A stretch of 64,000 nt of DNA from Eledone cirrhosa (taxonomy: Eukaryota), in assembly GCA_964016885.1 (NCBI GenBank), contig OZ024743.1, forward strand, positions 53,196,001 through 53,260,000, in the 5' to 3' direction. Positions within the stretch are counted from its first letter, which is position 1. Each line of letters opens with the position of its first letter. The notes beneath the pieces were generated by a model. It did not search any database and had not been told where the DNA came from. It saw nothing but the letters and a program-made list of their open reading frames with translations. Shown piece by piece: positions 12,930 through 25,966 of this stretch. The translations under genes were made by a program, and so were the position numbers.

Positions 12930-13046
12930 TTCTCAAAGTCAATGGTATTGGATGCCTACAGTGTGTATGTGAACAACTTCACAGCCATCATGGAGGATAT
13001 TAAGAAGTTACAGAGGACTCGACAATCTTTCAGAGATTTCCTCAAG
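12930..13046 (+). CDS. ARHGEF10: ARHGEF10-like exon, DH domain ([39 protein letters not shown])
   Basis: ctacag acceptor, AAG|gtaaac donor, 117 nt; [17 protein letters not shown] is characteristic of ARHGEF10. Confidence 0.95.
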
Positions 13047-13112
13047 GTAAACCCACACAAGCTTTATAACAGATTATTGATATATTGATGATGGGCTAAG
13101 CAAAAATGATAA

Positions 13113-13645
13113 TGATTTCTACTATAGGCACAAGGCCAGCAATTTTGGAGGAGGGGAAAGTCGATTAAATTGACCCCAGTACATTACTGGTACTTTATTT
13201 TATCAACATTGTAAGAATGAAAGGCAAAGCTAACCTCAGTGGGATTTGAACTCAGACCATAAAAGGCCGTAACTCTATGTTGCAAAGTACAGTGTCTGAT
13301 GCTCTACCGATACTGCCAAATGATAAGGATTTCTTTTATTGTTGGGGACAGTACAAGGTTGAAAAACTAAAACAAAGTCAGGTTTATATCGAATAAAAGG
13401 AACGGAATATCAACAATGGGAAAACAGTTGATATACTAAAATTGATATTGAATTATAATAGTTGTTTCTACTTTTGGCACAAGGCCAGCAATTATCCCAG
13501 TGTATTACTGGTACTATATTTTATCGACCCCGTAAGGATGGAAGGCAAAGTTAACCTTGGCGGGATTTGAATTCAGAATGGCAAGGGCCGTAACTCTATG
13601 CGTCAAAGCATGTCATCCGACCCTCTACCTATACTGCCAATCCAG
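13113..13645 (-). mobile_element. Two tRNA-derived SINE copies (about 13113-13320 and 13460-13645)
   Basis: Reverse complements of the 1688-1905 element (ggtactttattttatc...gaaaggcaaag...ggatttgaactcag...ctctaccgatactgcc). Confidence 0.8.
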
Positions 13646-13911
13646 CCAAAATAATATGATAAAAGTCAATAAGGAACTTGCTTTTCCAACATCTGGCAGG
13701 AATTATAATTGAAGATTATTCCAAAAATATCCTAATTAAAACCCCTGGATTTAAAATGCTTTCACCCCGTTTCTTTACTCATGCTTAGAAAATCATAGGC
13801 AGAGTAGCTCCATTCACCCTCATCAATCTAGCCACTTTCACCCATCTTTCATAAAATACACTTAAAAGCAAAATCTTCCTCTCTACCCTCACCTTCCTTT
13901 TCAAATGGCAC

Positions 13912-14140
13912 TTAACTCTTTAGTATTTAAACCGGCCATATCCGACCAGAATTCTCTCACATCTTTCTGTTCAAATCGACTGTAACTGGCCACTCATACT
14001 GACATTAAGGTATTGTTCTCAAAATAAATAAAATCAAAATCTTGTAGATTTGATATTATGGGAGGTAATTATGAAAGATAAAGCCTTTTCCACAAAAATA
14101 CAATAGTATATATAGAGTAATGTAAATGGTAAAGGGTTAA
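13912..14140 (+). mobile_element. TTAA-flanked MITE (piggyBac-like termini)
   Basis: TTAA-ctcttta ... taaaggg-TTAA ends; related copies at 15520-15746 (inverted) and about 41565-41770. Confidence 0.7.
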
Positions 14141-14229
14141 ATATGTAAAGTATACTTTGATGAACATTGACTGAACCGTTAATTAATTAATTGTCTAATT
14201 ATATGAAATATCTGTTAAACGTTTTGTAG

Positions 14230-14322
14230 CAGAAGGAAACCAGTAGTCCTGACCGACTCTCCATATTTGCCCTGATGGTGAAACCAATACAGAGGTTCCC
14301 ACAGTTTATCTTATGTCTTCAG
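14230..14322 (+). CDS. ARHGEF10: ARHGEF10-like exon, DH CR3 ([31 protein letters not shown])
   Basis: tgtag acceptor (tandem TAGCAG, so the start could be 14233), CAG|gtaagg donor; KPIQRFPQF motif. Confidence 0.95.
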
Positions 14323-14508
14323 GTAAGGATCTTTCAATGTATTGTGTCTTAACTCTTTGAATTCTGGCATCTCTCCCATGTGTGTGATTGATTCCCAGCC
14401 CTGGGCATCTACATGAAAATCACTGAAAAAAAATGATCTCAATTAGACCAGCAATATATATATCATCATCATCGTTTAACGTCTCTCTCTCTCTATATAT
14501 ATGTATGC

Positions 14509-14573
<65 letters not shown>

Positions 14574-15519
14574 TATATATATATATATATAAATGGAATT
14601 TTAGTAAAATTGAAGCTTCAGCTGTAGCCAAGCCAATGAAATACAATGAGGAATTGTGTTGCCAAGCACTGGATGAGGAATCTCAGAGTAATAACATTCG
14701 TTAGACAGCATGACAAATTGAAAAATGTGGCAGGCAAGCCAAGCCACGACACCGAAGCAACGAGAAAACGAACAGGTTAATAAAACAAACCTGGACCTTC
14801 TCAGATGCAGATCTTCGTTTCTCCGATAGGTTTCTATGAATCCAAAATCAATAATCCTACTTGCGCAAGTATGCAAGTTTTTGGTGTTTGAAGACCGAAC
14901 TGAGGATTCATGTTATCAACAGGTTTCCGTTCTGTGCCTTGACCCGGTGTGGTATGAAGTAGTAAGCCACTGTTGTTAACAGTGGCTAATGCCTCAACTA
15001 TCACATGCTTTTTCCCAACAAGGTAAATAACTCCGGGTTTTTTTGGCAGGCAAATTCAAAATGTGAACAAGGGAATTGTGTTCCCTGCACAAACCGAATA
15101 AGAAGCACTCGACCAGGCGTTATTAAACAAACATAAATAATTAATCAATCAATGGAATTATATATATTAAGAAAAGAAAGAGAGTGGTATTACATACTCA
15201 ACATCAGTTTATTTCATTACATCGTCTTGTTATGTACATTTTGAAGGCAACAAAGGTATCAAAGGCAGTTATCAACTGTAAATAGAAATAAAGTTTGTTT
15301 TTGATATGATATGCCTTCCATTGAAGAGGTGTTTATATTTCAATGTCCAGCAAGCATATGTTGTATGGACTCTAGTAGAGGCAAGTCAGTGTACAGGGGA
15401 GTGGAAGCTACAACAGTGGTAGTACTAAGTGGTGGAAGTAGGTCAGTGCACTAAAAGAAGTCAGGCCATTCAATCTATGGTCAATCATTCTGGTTCCTAA
15501 AGGGTTATACAATAGTTGA

Positions 15520-15746
15520 TTAACCCTTTAGCATCTACATTACTCTATATATACTATTGTATTTTCATAGTAAAGGCTTTATCACACATAATTATCTCAA
15601 ATTATATTGAATCTATGAGATTTTGATATTATTTATTTTAAGAACAATGCTTTAACGTTGGTATGAGTGACCAGTTATGGCTGGGTTGAACAGAAAGAGG
15701 TGAGAGAATTCTGATCAGATATGGCTGGTTTAAATGCTAAGGTTAA
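15520..15746 (-). mobile_element. TTAA-flanked MITE, inverted copy of 13912-14140
   Basis: TTAAccctttagca ... tgctaaggTTAA; internal sequence is the reverse complement of the first copy. Confidence 0.7.
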
Positions 15747-17071
15747 TCTATTTAATATTTTTATCATTTAGCTTCCAGCAGGTGGCAACAGTCATCCTAC
15801 CTATATCCCTATCATGTTAGTGTCGGTAAGTCTATGAAGTATAGACATCTATCTATGTAAAGAGTAAAAAAGGTTGTGCTTTTACGTGTGAGTGTTGCAA
15901 AAAGTGTGTGCGAGCCAGATCTAAATATAGTGGGTTTGATCTAGCCATGTGTGGGTGTGCATGGTCCTATGGCAGTAGTATGGACAGGTAGACGGGAACT
16001 ACAGATTACCCACAAACACTGACAGACACACATATGTTCTCTCATACAGGGAGATAGATTGATAGAGGAAAGAAAAGGAAAGAAAGAAGAAAAGAAAGAA
16101 GTAATGCAGCAAATAAAAACAAAGATAAAAAATGTTATAAAAGTTAAGAGAAATGGGTTTGTAAAGTGATGTAATGTTTGAGTCGTTTACATGTTGATGG
16201 AGGTGGAGGTCAAAATTGATGAAGGTGGAGATGAAAAGGTATAGGCTATAATTTATAAGCTAACTAAAGAGATTTAGGAAGGCTTTTAGAAATGTTGTGA
16301 CTATATGTGTTAAAAAGAATTAGAGTATTTATTTATTATATGGGGCCCACTCTCTGAAATTTCCAATACCTCTATGGTGTACAAATCACAGCCTCCAGTA
16401 AAGGATCTTCCCTCATACAGGTGTGTGGTTTTAAGTATTGGCCATGACAAACAACGTATTCTATCCTCCATATAAGCTTGGATAGTGCCATGCTCCCATG
16501 TTCGTCTATTAAATGAGTGGCAATGGCTGTGCCAGTATAATAATTATATGTATTTGACAAAAATCACAACTATGCTTTACTGAAGATCTCAGGCTGAAGC
16601 AATGTAAAATGATTGCTGCTTCATAAAAAAAAAATGGAGTAAATAACAGTTATAAATAGATGTGTGGCAGAATAGAATACTTGACCAGAGAATGGACTCA
16701 ACCTGGCTCTTTAACCATTCTTGACTTATTTTTAGGCATTAGGAATTATTTAATTTATTTTATTAAAACCAATCCTATATGAAAATAAAAGCTAAGTCTT
16801 GGACGTTGAAGCAAGTTCAGATAAGATTCAAGGCCAAAACATTCATTGACTAAGAAAGAAATTGCTAAATTTGTATCTTCTTGTATGTATTTCTGTTTAT
16901 AATAAATTATGTGATTCCAATAATCTCAATCACTTTGTTTTTAATTTTAAAATGGTTCTTCAGATTGAAAAAGTTCTCAGCTCCTAATTTAGAGGCTCCT
17001 TCTGTTACTGATAATTGTAGTTTTGTAGAAGGATTTACTATGGTGCTATTTTTGTTGTTTCTACACATCAG

Positions 17072-17293
17072 GATCTCCTTAAATACACACCCAAGGGCCA
17101 TGGAGACCGGAAGGCTCTCCAGCTTGCTGTGACCATCCTGGAGAATCTAGCCCAAAAGCTGAATGATCGAAAACGAGAGAATGAGAAGAAATTTGCAGCC
17201 AAACAGTTATCGATGAAGATTCCTGATGGATTGACTAAGATACCATCCTTTCATACCTCCTTCTTGGTCCGAGAAGATGATGTGTTACATATT
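17072..17293 (+). CDS. ARHGEF10: ARHGEF10-like exon, end of DH domain and linker ([35 protein letters not shown]...REDDVLHI)
   Basis: catcag acceptor, ATT|gtaagc donor, 222 nt, phase 0/0. Confidence 0.93.
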
Positions 17294-17718
17294 GTAAGCT
17301 TTTTTCAAATCTGTTACACAAATGGGGCACATTCAGACAAGGGCGGGGAGCTAATTGGTCTTTGAAAATAGTAATAGAGATATGAGCTTTAGATTACATC
17401 TGGATTACACAATATCTGAGGCAGAGTGGTGGGGGTTTATATTATCCATAGGTCCTCCTCCTCTTCCCCCTCCACCTCCTCTCCCCTCCTCCTCTTATCC
17501 TTCTGGGTTTTGATAAAATAAAATAACAGTCAAGTACCTACATCAATTTAATAGACTTTCTTCTTCCTTCAAATTGGTGGCCTAATGCTTAAATTAGAGA
17601 CTATTGTTGCTATTTTTATTGTTGTTGTCATTGTTTCTGCTGTCCTTCCTTATTAGAGCCTCAGCAATTTGGAATTCCCTCCTTATCCATGTTTTTTCCT
17701 ATAGCTATCAATTGGAAT

Positions 17719-20700
17719 ATTAACCTTTTCATTACCATATTTCTAATGAAAGACACTGTCTATGTCATTAACCCTTTCATTACCATATATCTAATGAAAG
17801 ACACTGTCTATGTCATTAACCCTTTCATTACCATATATCTAATGAAAGACACTGTCTATGTCATTAACCCTTTCATTACCATATATCTAATGAAAGACAC
17901 TGTCTATGTCATTAACCCTTTCATTACCATATTTCTAATGAAAGACACTGTCTATGTCATTAACCCTTTCATTACCATATTTCTAATGAAAGACACTGTC
18001 TATGTCATTAACCCTTTCATTACCATATTTCTAATGAAAGACACTGTCTATGTCATTAACCCTTTCATTACCATATTTCTAATGAAAGACACTGTCTATG
18101 TCATTAACCCTTTCATTACCATATATCTAATGAAAGACACTGTCTATGTCATTAACCCTTTCATTACCATATATCTAATGAAAGACACTGCCTATGTCAT
18201 TAACTTTTTCATTGCCATATTTCTAATGAAAGACACTGTCTATGTCGTTAACCCTTTCATTACCATATTTCTAATGAAAGACACTGTCTATGTCATTAAC
18301 CCTTTCATTACCATATATCTAATGAAAGACACTGTCTATGTCATTAACCCTTTCATTACCATATATCTAATGAAAGACACTGTCTATGTCATTAACCCTT
18401 TCATTACCATATTTCTAATGAAAGACACTGTCTATGTCATTAACCCTTTCATTACCATATATCTAATGAAAGACACTGTCTATGTCATTAACCCTTTCAT
18501 TACCATATATCTAATGAAAGACACTGTCTATGTCATTAACCCTTTCATTACCATATTTCTAATGAAAGACACTGTCTATGTCATTAACCCTTTCATTACC
18601 ATATATCTAATGAAAGACACTGTCTATGTCATTAACCCTTTCATTACCATATATCTAATGAAAGACACTGTCTATGTCATTAACCCTTTCATTACCATAT
18701 ATCTAATGAAAGACACTGTCTATGTCATTAACCCTTTCATTACCATATTTCTAATGAAAGACACTGTCTATGTCATTAACCCTTTCATTACCATATATCT
18801 AATGAAAGACACTGTCTATGTCATTAACCCTTTCATTACCATATATCTAATGAAAGACACTGCCTATGTCATTAACTTTTTCATTGCCATATTTCTAATG
18901 AAAGACACTGTCTATGTCGTTAACCCTTTCATTACCATATTTCTAATGAAAGACACTGTCTATGTCATTAACCCTTTCATTACCATATTTCTAATGAAAG
19001 ACACTGTCTATGTCATTAACCCTTTCATTACCATATATCTAATGAAAGACACTGTCTATGTCATTAACCCTTTCATTACCATATTTCTAATGAAAGACAC
19101 TGTCTATGTCATTAACCCTTTCATTACCATATTTCTAATGAAAGACACTGTCTATGTCATTAACCCTTTCATTACCATATATCTAATGAAAGACACTGTC
19201 TATGTCATTAACCCTTCATTACCATATATCTAATGAAAGACACTGTCTATGTCATTAACCCTTTCATTACCATATTTCTAATGAAAGGCACTGCCTATGT
19301 CATTAACCCTTTCATTACCATATTTCTAATGAAAGACACTGTCTATGTCATTAACCCTTTCATTACCATATATCTAATGAAAGACACTGTCTATGTCATT
19401 AACCCTTTCATTACCATATTTCTAATGAAAGACACTGTCTATGTCATTAACCCTTTCATTACCATATATCTAATGAAAGACACTGTCTATGTCATTAACC
19501 CTTTCATTACCATATATCTAATGAAAGACACTGTCTATGTCATTAACCCTTTCATTACCATATTTCTAATGAAAGACACTGTCTATGTCATTAACCCTTT
19601 CATTACCATATATCTAATGAAAGACACTGTCTATGTCATTAACCCTTTCATTACCATATATCTAATGAAAGACACTGTCTATGTCATTAACCCTTTCATT
19701 ACCATATATCTAATGAAAGACACTGTCTATGTCATTAACCCTTTCATTACCATATATCTAATGAAAGACACTGTCTATGTCATTAACCCTTTCATTGCCA
19801 TATTTCTAATGAAAGGCACTGCCTATGTCATTAACCCTTTCATTACCATATTTCTAATGAAAGACACTGTCTATGTCATTAACCCTTTCATTACCATATT
19901 TCTAATGAAAGACACTGTCTATGTCATTAACCCTTTCATTACCATATATCTAATGAAAGACACTGTCTATGTCATTAACCCTTTCATTACCATATATCTA
20001 ATGAAAGACACTGTCTATGTCATTAACCCTTTCATTACCATATTTCTAATGAAAGACACTGTCTATGTCATTAACCCTTTCATTACCATATATCTAATGA
20101 AAGACACTGTCTATGTCATTAACCCTTTCATTACCATATATCTAATGAAAGACACTGTCTATGTCATTAACCCTTTCATTACCATATTTCTAATGAAAGA
20201 CACTGTCTATGTCATTAACCCTTTCATTACCATATATCTAATGAAAGACACTGTCTATGTCATTAACCCTTTCATTACCATATATCTAATGAAAGACACT
20301 GTCTATGTCATTAACCCTTTCATTACCATATATCTAATGAAAGACACTGTCTATGTCATTAACCCTTTCATTACCATATATCTAATGAAAGACACTGTCT
20401 ATGTCATTAACCCTTTCATTGCCATATTTCTAATGAAAGGCACTGCCTATGTCATTAACCCTTTCATTACCATATTTCTAATGAAAGACACTGTCTATGT
20501 CATTAACCCTTTCATTACCATATTTCTAATGAAAGACACTGTCTATGTCATTAACCCTTTCATTACCATATTTCTAATGAAAGACACTGTCTATGTCATT
20601 AACCCTTTCATTACCATATATCTAATGAAAGACACTGTCTATGTCATTAACCCTTTCATTACCATATATCTAATGAAAGACACTGTCTATGTCATTAACC

Positions 20701-22078
20701 CTTTCATTACCATATTTCTAATGAAAGACACTGTCTATGTCATTAACCCTTTCATTACCATATATCTAATGAAAGACACTGTCTATGTCATTAACCCTTT
20801 CATTACCATATATCTAATGAAAGACACTGTCTATGTCATTAACCCTTTCATTACCATATTTCTAATGAAAGACACTGTCTATGTCATTAACCCTTTCATT
20901 ACCATATATCTAATGAAAGACACTGTCTATGTCATTAACCCTTTCATTACCATATATCTAATGAAAGACACTGTCTATGTCATTAACCCTTTCATTACCA
21001 TATATCTAATGAAAGACACTGTCTATGTCATTAACCCTTTCATTACCATATATCTAATGAAAGACACTGTCTATGTCATTAACCCTTTCATTGCCATATT
21101 TCTAATGAAAGGCACTGCCTATGTCATTAACCCTTTCATTACCATATTTCTAATGAAAGACACTGTCTATGTCATTAACCCTTTCATTACCATATTTCTA
21201 ATGAAAGACACTGTCTATGTCATTAACCCTTTCATTACCATATTTCTAATGAAAGACACTGTCTATGTCATTAACCCTTTCATTACCATATATCTAATGA
21301 AAGACACTGTCTATGTCATTAACCCTTTCATTACCATATTTCTAATGAAAGACACTATCTATGTCATTAACCCTTTCATTACCATATATCTAATGAAAGA
21401 CACTGTCTATGTCATTAACCCTTTCATTACCATATATCTAATGAAAGACACTGTCTATGTCATTAACCCTTTCATTACCATATTTCTAATGAAAGACACT
21501 GTCTATGTCATTAACCCTTTCATTACCATATATCTAATGAAAGACACTGTCTATGTCATTAACCCTTTCATTACCATATATCTAATGAAAGACACTGTCT
21601 ATGTCATTAACCCTTTCATTACCATATATCTAATGAAAGACACTGTCTATGTCATTAACCCTTTCATTACCATATATCTAATGAAAGACACTGTCTATGT
21701 CATTAACCCTTTCATTGCCATATTTCTAATGAAAGGCACTGCCTATGTCATTAACCCTTTCATTACCATATTTCTAATGAAAGACACTGTCTATGTCATT
21801 AACCCTTTCATTACCATATTTCTAATGAAAGACACTGTCTATGTCATTAACCCTTTCATTACCATATTTCTAATGAAAGACACTGTCTATGTCATTAACC
21901 CTTTCATTACCATATATCTAATGAAAGACACTGTCTATGTCATTAACCCTTTCATTACCATATTTCTAATGAAAGACACTGTCTATGTCATTAACCCTTT
22001 CATTACCATATTTCTAATGAAAGACACTGTCTATGTCATTAACCCTTTCATTACCATATTTCTAATGAAAGACACTGT
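17719..22078. repeat. 48-bp satellite, about 90 copies (attaaccctttcattaccatatWtctaatgaaagacactgtctatgtc) with higher-order structure
   Basis: Direct inspection; it produces the 16-aa MKDTVYVINPFITIF/YL pseudo-ORFs. Confidence 0.97.
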
Positions 22079-23068
22079 TTCTGATTTTTAAATCATTTTG
22101 AAAATAATAAAAACTTTGAAGCATTTATTAATGTTCCTGGTCGCTCTCCGAAGGTTCGTGGTTGTGCTCTTGGCAGTGTAGAATTCTGGTGTCCTTAGCC
22201 CTAGGGCTTCCTCCCTACACACCACCATAGACGATGAGCTGGCCAGCCGCAGGTGTGAGCCTTGCGAGATGGAGTGGCTTTTCCAGCGCGTCTCCCTTGC
22301 CGTCCTCCGGGGAAACGCCCTCTCCATTCTGTCCGCTGGGGATGTGGGGAGGCCAGCACGTGCGACCCCATTTGCTCTCCATACGGAGAGATGGGGAGGG
22401 CGAGAGAGAGGGAGGCAGTGACAGTGGGCGTTTGGCTCTTCCACGTTCGGACCATATCCTTGTGGTTGTCTTCATTAAGCAGTTAATGAGTCTGTTTAAG
22501 CAGCACATTAGTGAAGTGGTTAAAGTTCCAGTTTATATTTTGTACTCAATACCATAGAGGTGCTTCTCACCATCACCATCGTCACTGAACAAAGGTTCTT
22601 ACATTAAATTATGATGGAAGATTACCCTTGGTTTGCAAACATTCAGGCCAGGCCTTTGAGGATTCCTTCCTCACTTCCACCAGTCTTGGAGACCTTCAAA
22701 AGAGTTATATGTATCTGCACTCCCCCCCCCCCCTCTCACTAAACAAATATTACTATAATTTCTCATGGTTAATCCCACTTCACTTCTTACCTCTAATTTA
22801 TGCTAATTTATTCATACAATTTCTTTAAATTCTCATTATTTATTCTTTTTCATTTCTTTTTTATTCTTTTGTAATTTTCACACACCTTTAATTTATTATA
22901 ATTTATTCATAGCTCTTTTCTCATTTACATCTAAATAATTAACCCTAGCCACCTTAACTCTAATTTATATATAAATCATCATTATCTCTTCTCCCCTTTC
23001 TTTACATATATTATCCACACCCCTTTACTTTTAATTTATGCTAATTTATTCACATCTCACTTTTGCAG

Positions 23069-23142
23069 ACAAACAATTACACCAAGAAACGACGACTGAT
23101 TATGTTGAACAACGCACTTGTATGTATCAAGGTGCAGTACAG
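23069..23142 (+). CDS. ARHGEF10: ARHGEF10-like exon, PH-like region (TNNYTKKRRLIMLNNALVCIKVQY)
   Basis: ttttgcag acceptor, CAG|gtatgt donor, phase 0/2; resembles ARHGEF10 ERRVFMLNDVLMC. Confidence 0.85.
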
Positions 23143-24128
23143 GTATGTGTTGATATTACAGGTGTATGTTGATATTACAGGAGTGTGTGTGTTGATATTA
23201 CAGGTATGTGTTGATATTACAGGTATGTATAGATATTACAGGTGTGTGTGTTGATATTACAGGTATGTGTTGATATTACAGGTGTGTGTGCGGATACTAC
23301 AGGTGTGTGTGTTGATATTACAGGTGTGTGTGTGTTGATATTACAGGTATGTGTTGATATTACAGGTATGTGTAGATGTTACAGGTGTGCGTGTTGATAT
23401 TATAGGTATGTGTTGATATTACAGGTGTGTGTGTTGATATTACAGGTGTGTGTGTAGATATTACAGGTGTGTGTTGATATTACAGGTGTGTGTTGATATT
23501 ACAGGTGTGTGTGTAGATATTACAGGTGTGTGTGTAGATATTACAGGTGTGTCTGTAGATATTACAGGTGTGTGTGTGTAGATATTACAGGTGTGTGTGT
23601 GTGGATATTACAGGTGTGTGTTGATATTACAGGTGTGTCCGTAGATATTACAGATGTGTGTGTACATATTACAGGTGTGTGTGAAGATATTACAGGTGTG
23701 TGTTGATAATACAGGTGTGTGTGTGTAGATATTACAGGTGTGTGTGTGTTGATATTACAGGTGTGTGTGTAGATATTACAGGTGTGTGTTGATATTACAT
23801 GTGTGTGTAGATATTACAGGTGTGTGTGTAGATTTTACAGGTGTGTGTTGATATTACAGGTGTGTGTGTAGATATTACAGGTGTGTGTTGATATTACAGG
23901 TGTGTGTGTAGATATTACAGGTGTGTGTTGATATTACAGGTGTGTGTGTAGATATTACAGGTGTGTGCTGATATTACAGGTGTGTGTGTTGATATTACAG
24001 GTGTGTGTGAAGATATTACAGGTGTGTGTAGATATTACAGGTGTGTGTGTAGATATTACAGGTGTGTGTGTGATGATATTACAGGTGTATGTGTAGATAT
24101 TACAGGTGTGTGTTGATATTACAGGTGT
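23137..24128. repeat. Variable 19-25 bp minisatellite (gatattacaggtgtgtgt...)
   Basis: Direct inspection; begins at the exon 23069-23142 donor. Confidence 0.93.
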
Positions 24129-25438
24129 GATGATAATAGTGATGATAATAGTGGTGATACTGGTGATAATAGTGATGATGGTGGTGATAATAGTGGTGAT
24201 AATAGTGGTGATAGTGGTGATAGTGGTGATAATAGTGATGATAATAGTGGTGATAATATTGGTGATGATAGTGGCGATAGTGGTGATAGTGGTGATAATA
24301 GTGGTGATAGTGGTGATCATAGTGATAATGGTGATAATAGAGATGTGATAATAGAGTGGTGATCATAGAGATAATGGTGATAATAGTGATAATAGTGGTG
24401 ATAATAATGGTGATAATGGTGATAATAGTGGTGATGATAGTAGTGATGATAGTAGTGATAATAGTGGTGATAATGGTGATACTAGTGGTGATAGTGGTGA
24501 TATTAGTGGTGATAGTGGTGATGATAGTGGTGATAATCGTGGTGATAATAGTAGTGAAAGTGGTGATAATAGTGATGATAGTGGTGATAATAGTGGTGAT
24601 AATAGTGATAATAGTGGTGATAATAGTGATGATAGTGGTGATAGTGGTGATAGTGGTGATAGTGATAATAGTGGTGATAGTGGTGATAGTGATAATAGTG
24701 GTGATAGTGGTGATAGTGGTGATAATACTAGTGATAATAGTGGTGATAATGGTGATAATAGTGGTGATAGTGGTGATAATAGTGGTGATAGTGGTGATAA
24801 TAGTGGTGATAGTGGTGATAATAGTGGTGATAGTGGTGATAATAGTGGTGATAGTGGTGATAATAGTGATGATAGTGGTGAAAGTGATGATAATAGTGGT
24901 GATAATAGTGGTGATAGTGGTGATAATAGTGATGATAGTGGTGATAATAGTGGTGATAGTGGTGATAGTGGTGATAGTGGTGATAGTGATAATAGTGGGC
25001 ATAGTGGTGATAGTGGTGATAATACTAGTGATAATAGTGGTGATAATGGTGATAATAGTGGTGATAGTGGTGATAATAGTGATGATAGTGGTGAAAGTGA
25101 TGATAATAGTGGTGATAATAGTGGTGATAGTGGTGATAATAGTGGTGATAGTGGTGATAATAGTGGTGATAGTGGTGATAATAGTGATGATAGTGGTGAT
25201 AATAGTGGTGATAGTGGTGATAGTGGTGATAATAGTGGTGATAGTGGTGATAATAGTGGTGATAGTGGTGATAATAGTGGTGATAGTGGTGATAATAGTG
25301 ATGATAGTGGTGATAATAGTGGTGATAGTGGTGATAGTGGTGATAATAGTGGTGATAGTGGTGATAATAGTGGTGATAATAGTGATGATAGTGGTGATAA
25401 TAGTGGTGATAGTAGTGGTGATAATGGTGATGATGATG
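24128..25438. repeat. Low-complexity (atagtggtg/gat)n repeat
   Basis: Direct inspection. Confidence 0.93.
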
Positions 25439-25455
25439 AATGTATTTTATTGCAG

Positions 25456-25604
25456 AATGCGAGATGGTGATATTAGTGAACACTATAAACACAAATGGAC
25501 CGTCCCATTAGAGGAAGTTACCCTGAAGTTCAACTGTAGCATGTCATCTAAGAATATACCACCATTTACACCAACAGGAGAGGCTAGCAAGATCAACAGA
25601 ATTG
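25456..25604 (+). CDS. ARHGEF10: ARHGEF10-like exon (MRDGDISEHYKHKWTVPLEEVTLKF...SKINRI)
   Basis: ttgcag acceptor, G|gtaagg donor, phase 2/1 fits its neighbours; KWxVPL PH-like motif. Confidence 0.85.
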
Positions 25605-25966
25605 GTAAGGTTTTGGTGGAGCCTCCATTTCTTATGTTACATCATAAACATTAGATGTGAGGCGGGTGTCCTTCATTGAGTGATCCTTCAGAGTAGCTTA
25701 ACTTGTTGAGTGATACTCGCCGAGGTATCACTCTCTCTCTCTCTGTCTTTTCTTCCCTCTCTTTTGCTTCACTCAACCATCTATTTGTCTGTTATTTTCT
25801 ATTGGTCTCTACCTATCTAGTTGTCTCAATACCCAGATATCATTATCTAGCCCTACTCACTCCTTCATTTCACTCAAACCACACTGTTATCTGTCTGTAT
25901 GCCTGTCTGTCTGCTGGTTTGTCTGTCTGTATGTCTATTTATTTATCTATCTTCCATATTTTGCAG

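Noticed and set aside
14590-15170. Complex sequence between (TA)n tracts with short ORFs
   Set aside because: No recognisable protein motif, termini or second copy in the window; probably a repeat fragment but not assignable.
17719-22078. CRISPR-like appearance (hairpin-bearing regular repeats)
   Set aside because: No unique spacers and no cas genes; units are head-to-tail near-identical; eukaryotic intron. The same applies to the 44-, 45- and 79-bp arrays.
17689-22091. 514-aa and 952-aa ORFs of repeated MKDTVYVINPFITIF/YL
   Set aside because: Artefact of a 48-bp (multiple of 3) stop-free satellite inside an intron. A 1-nt deletion at about 19214 breaks the frame, and there are no splice or start signals.
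24100-25654. Long Val/Ile-, Thr/Ile- and His/Tyr-rich ORFs
   Set aside because: Translations of a trinucleotide-periodic simple repeat; only 25456-25604 is a real exon.
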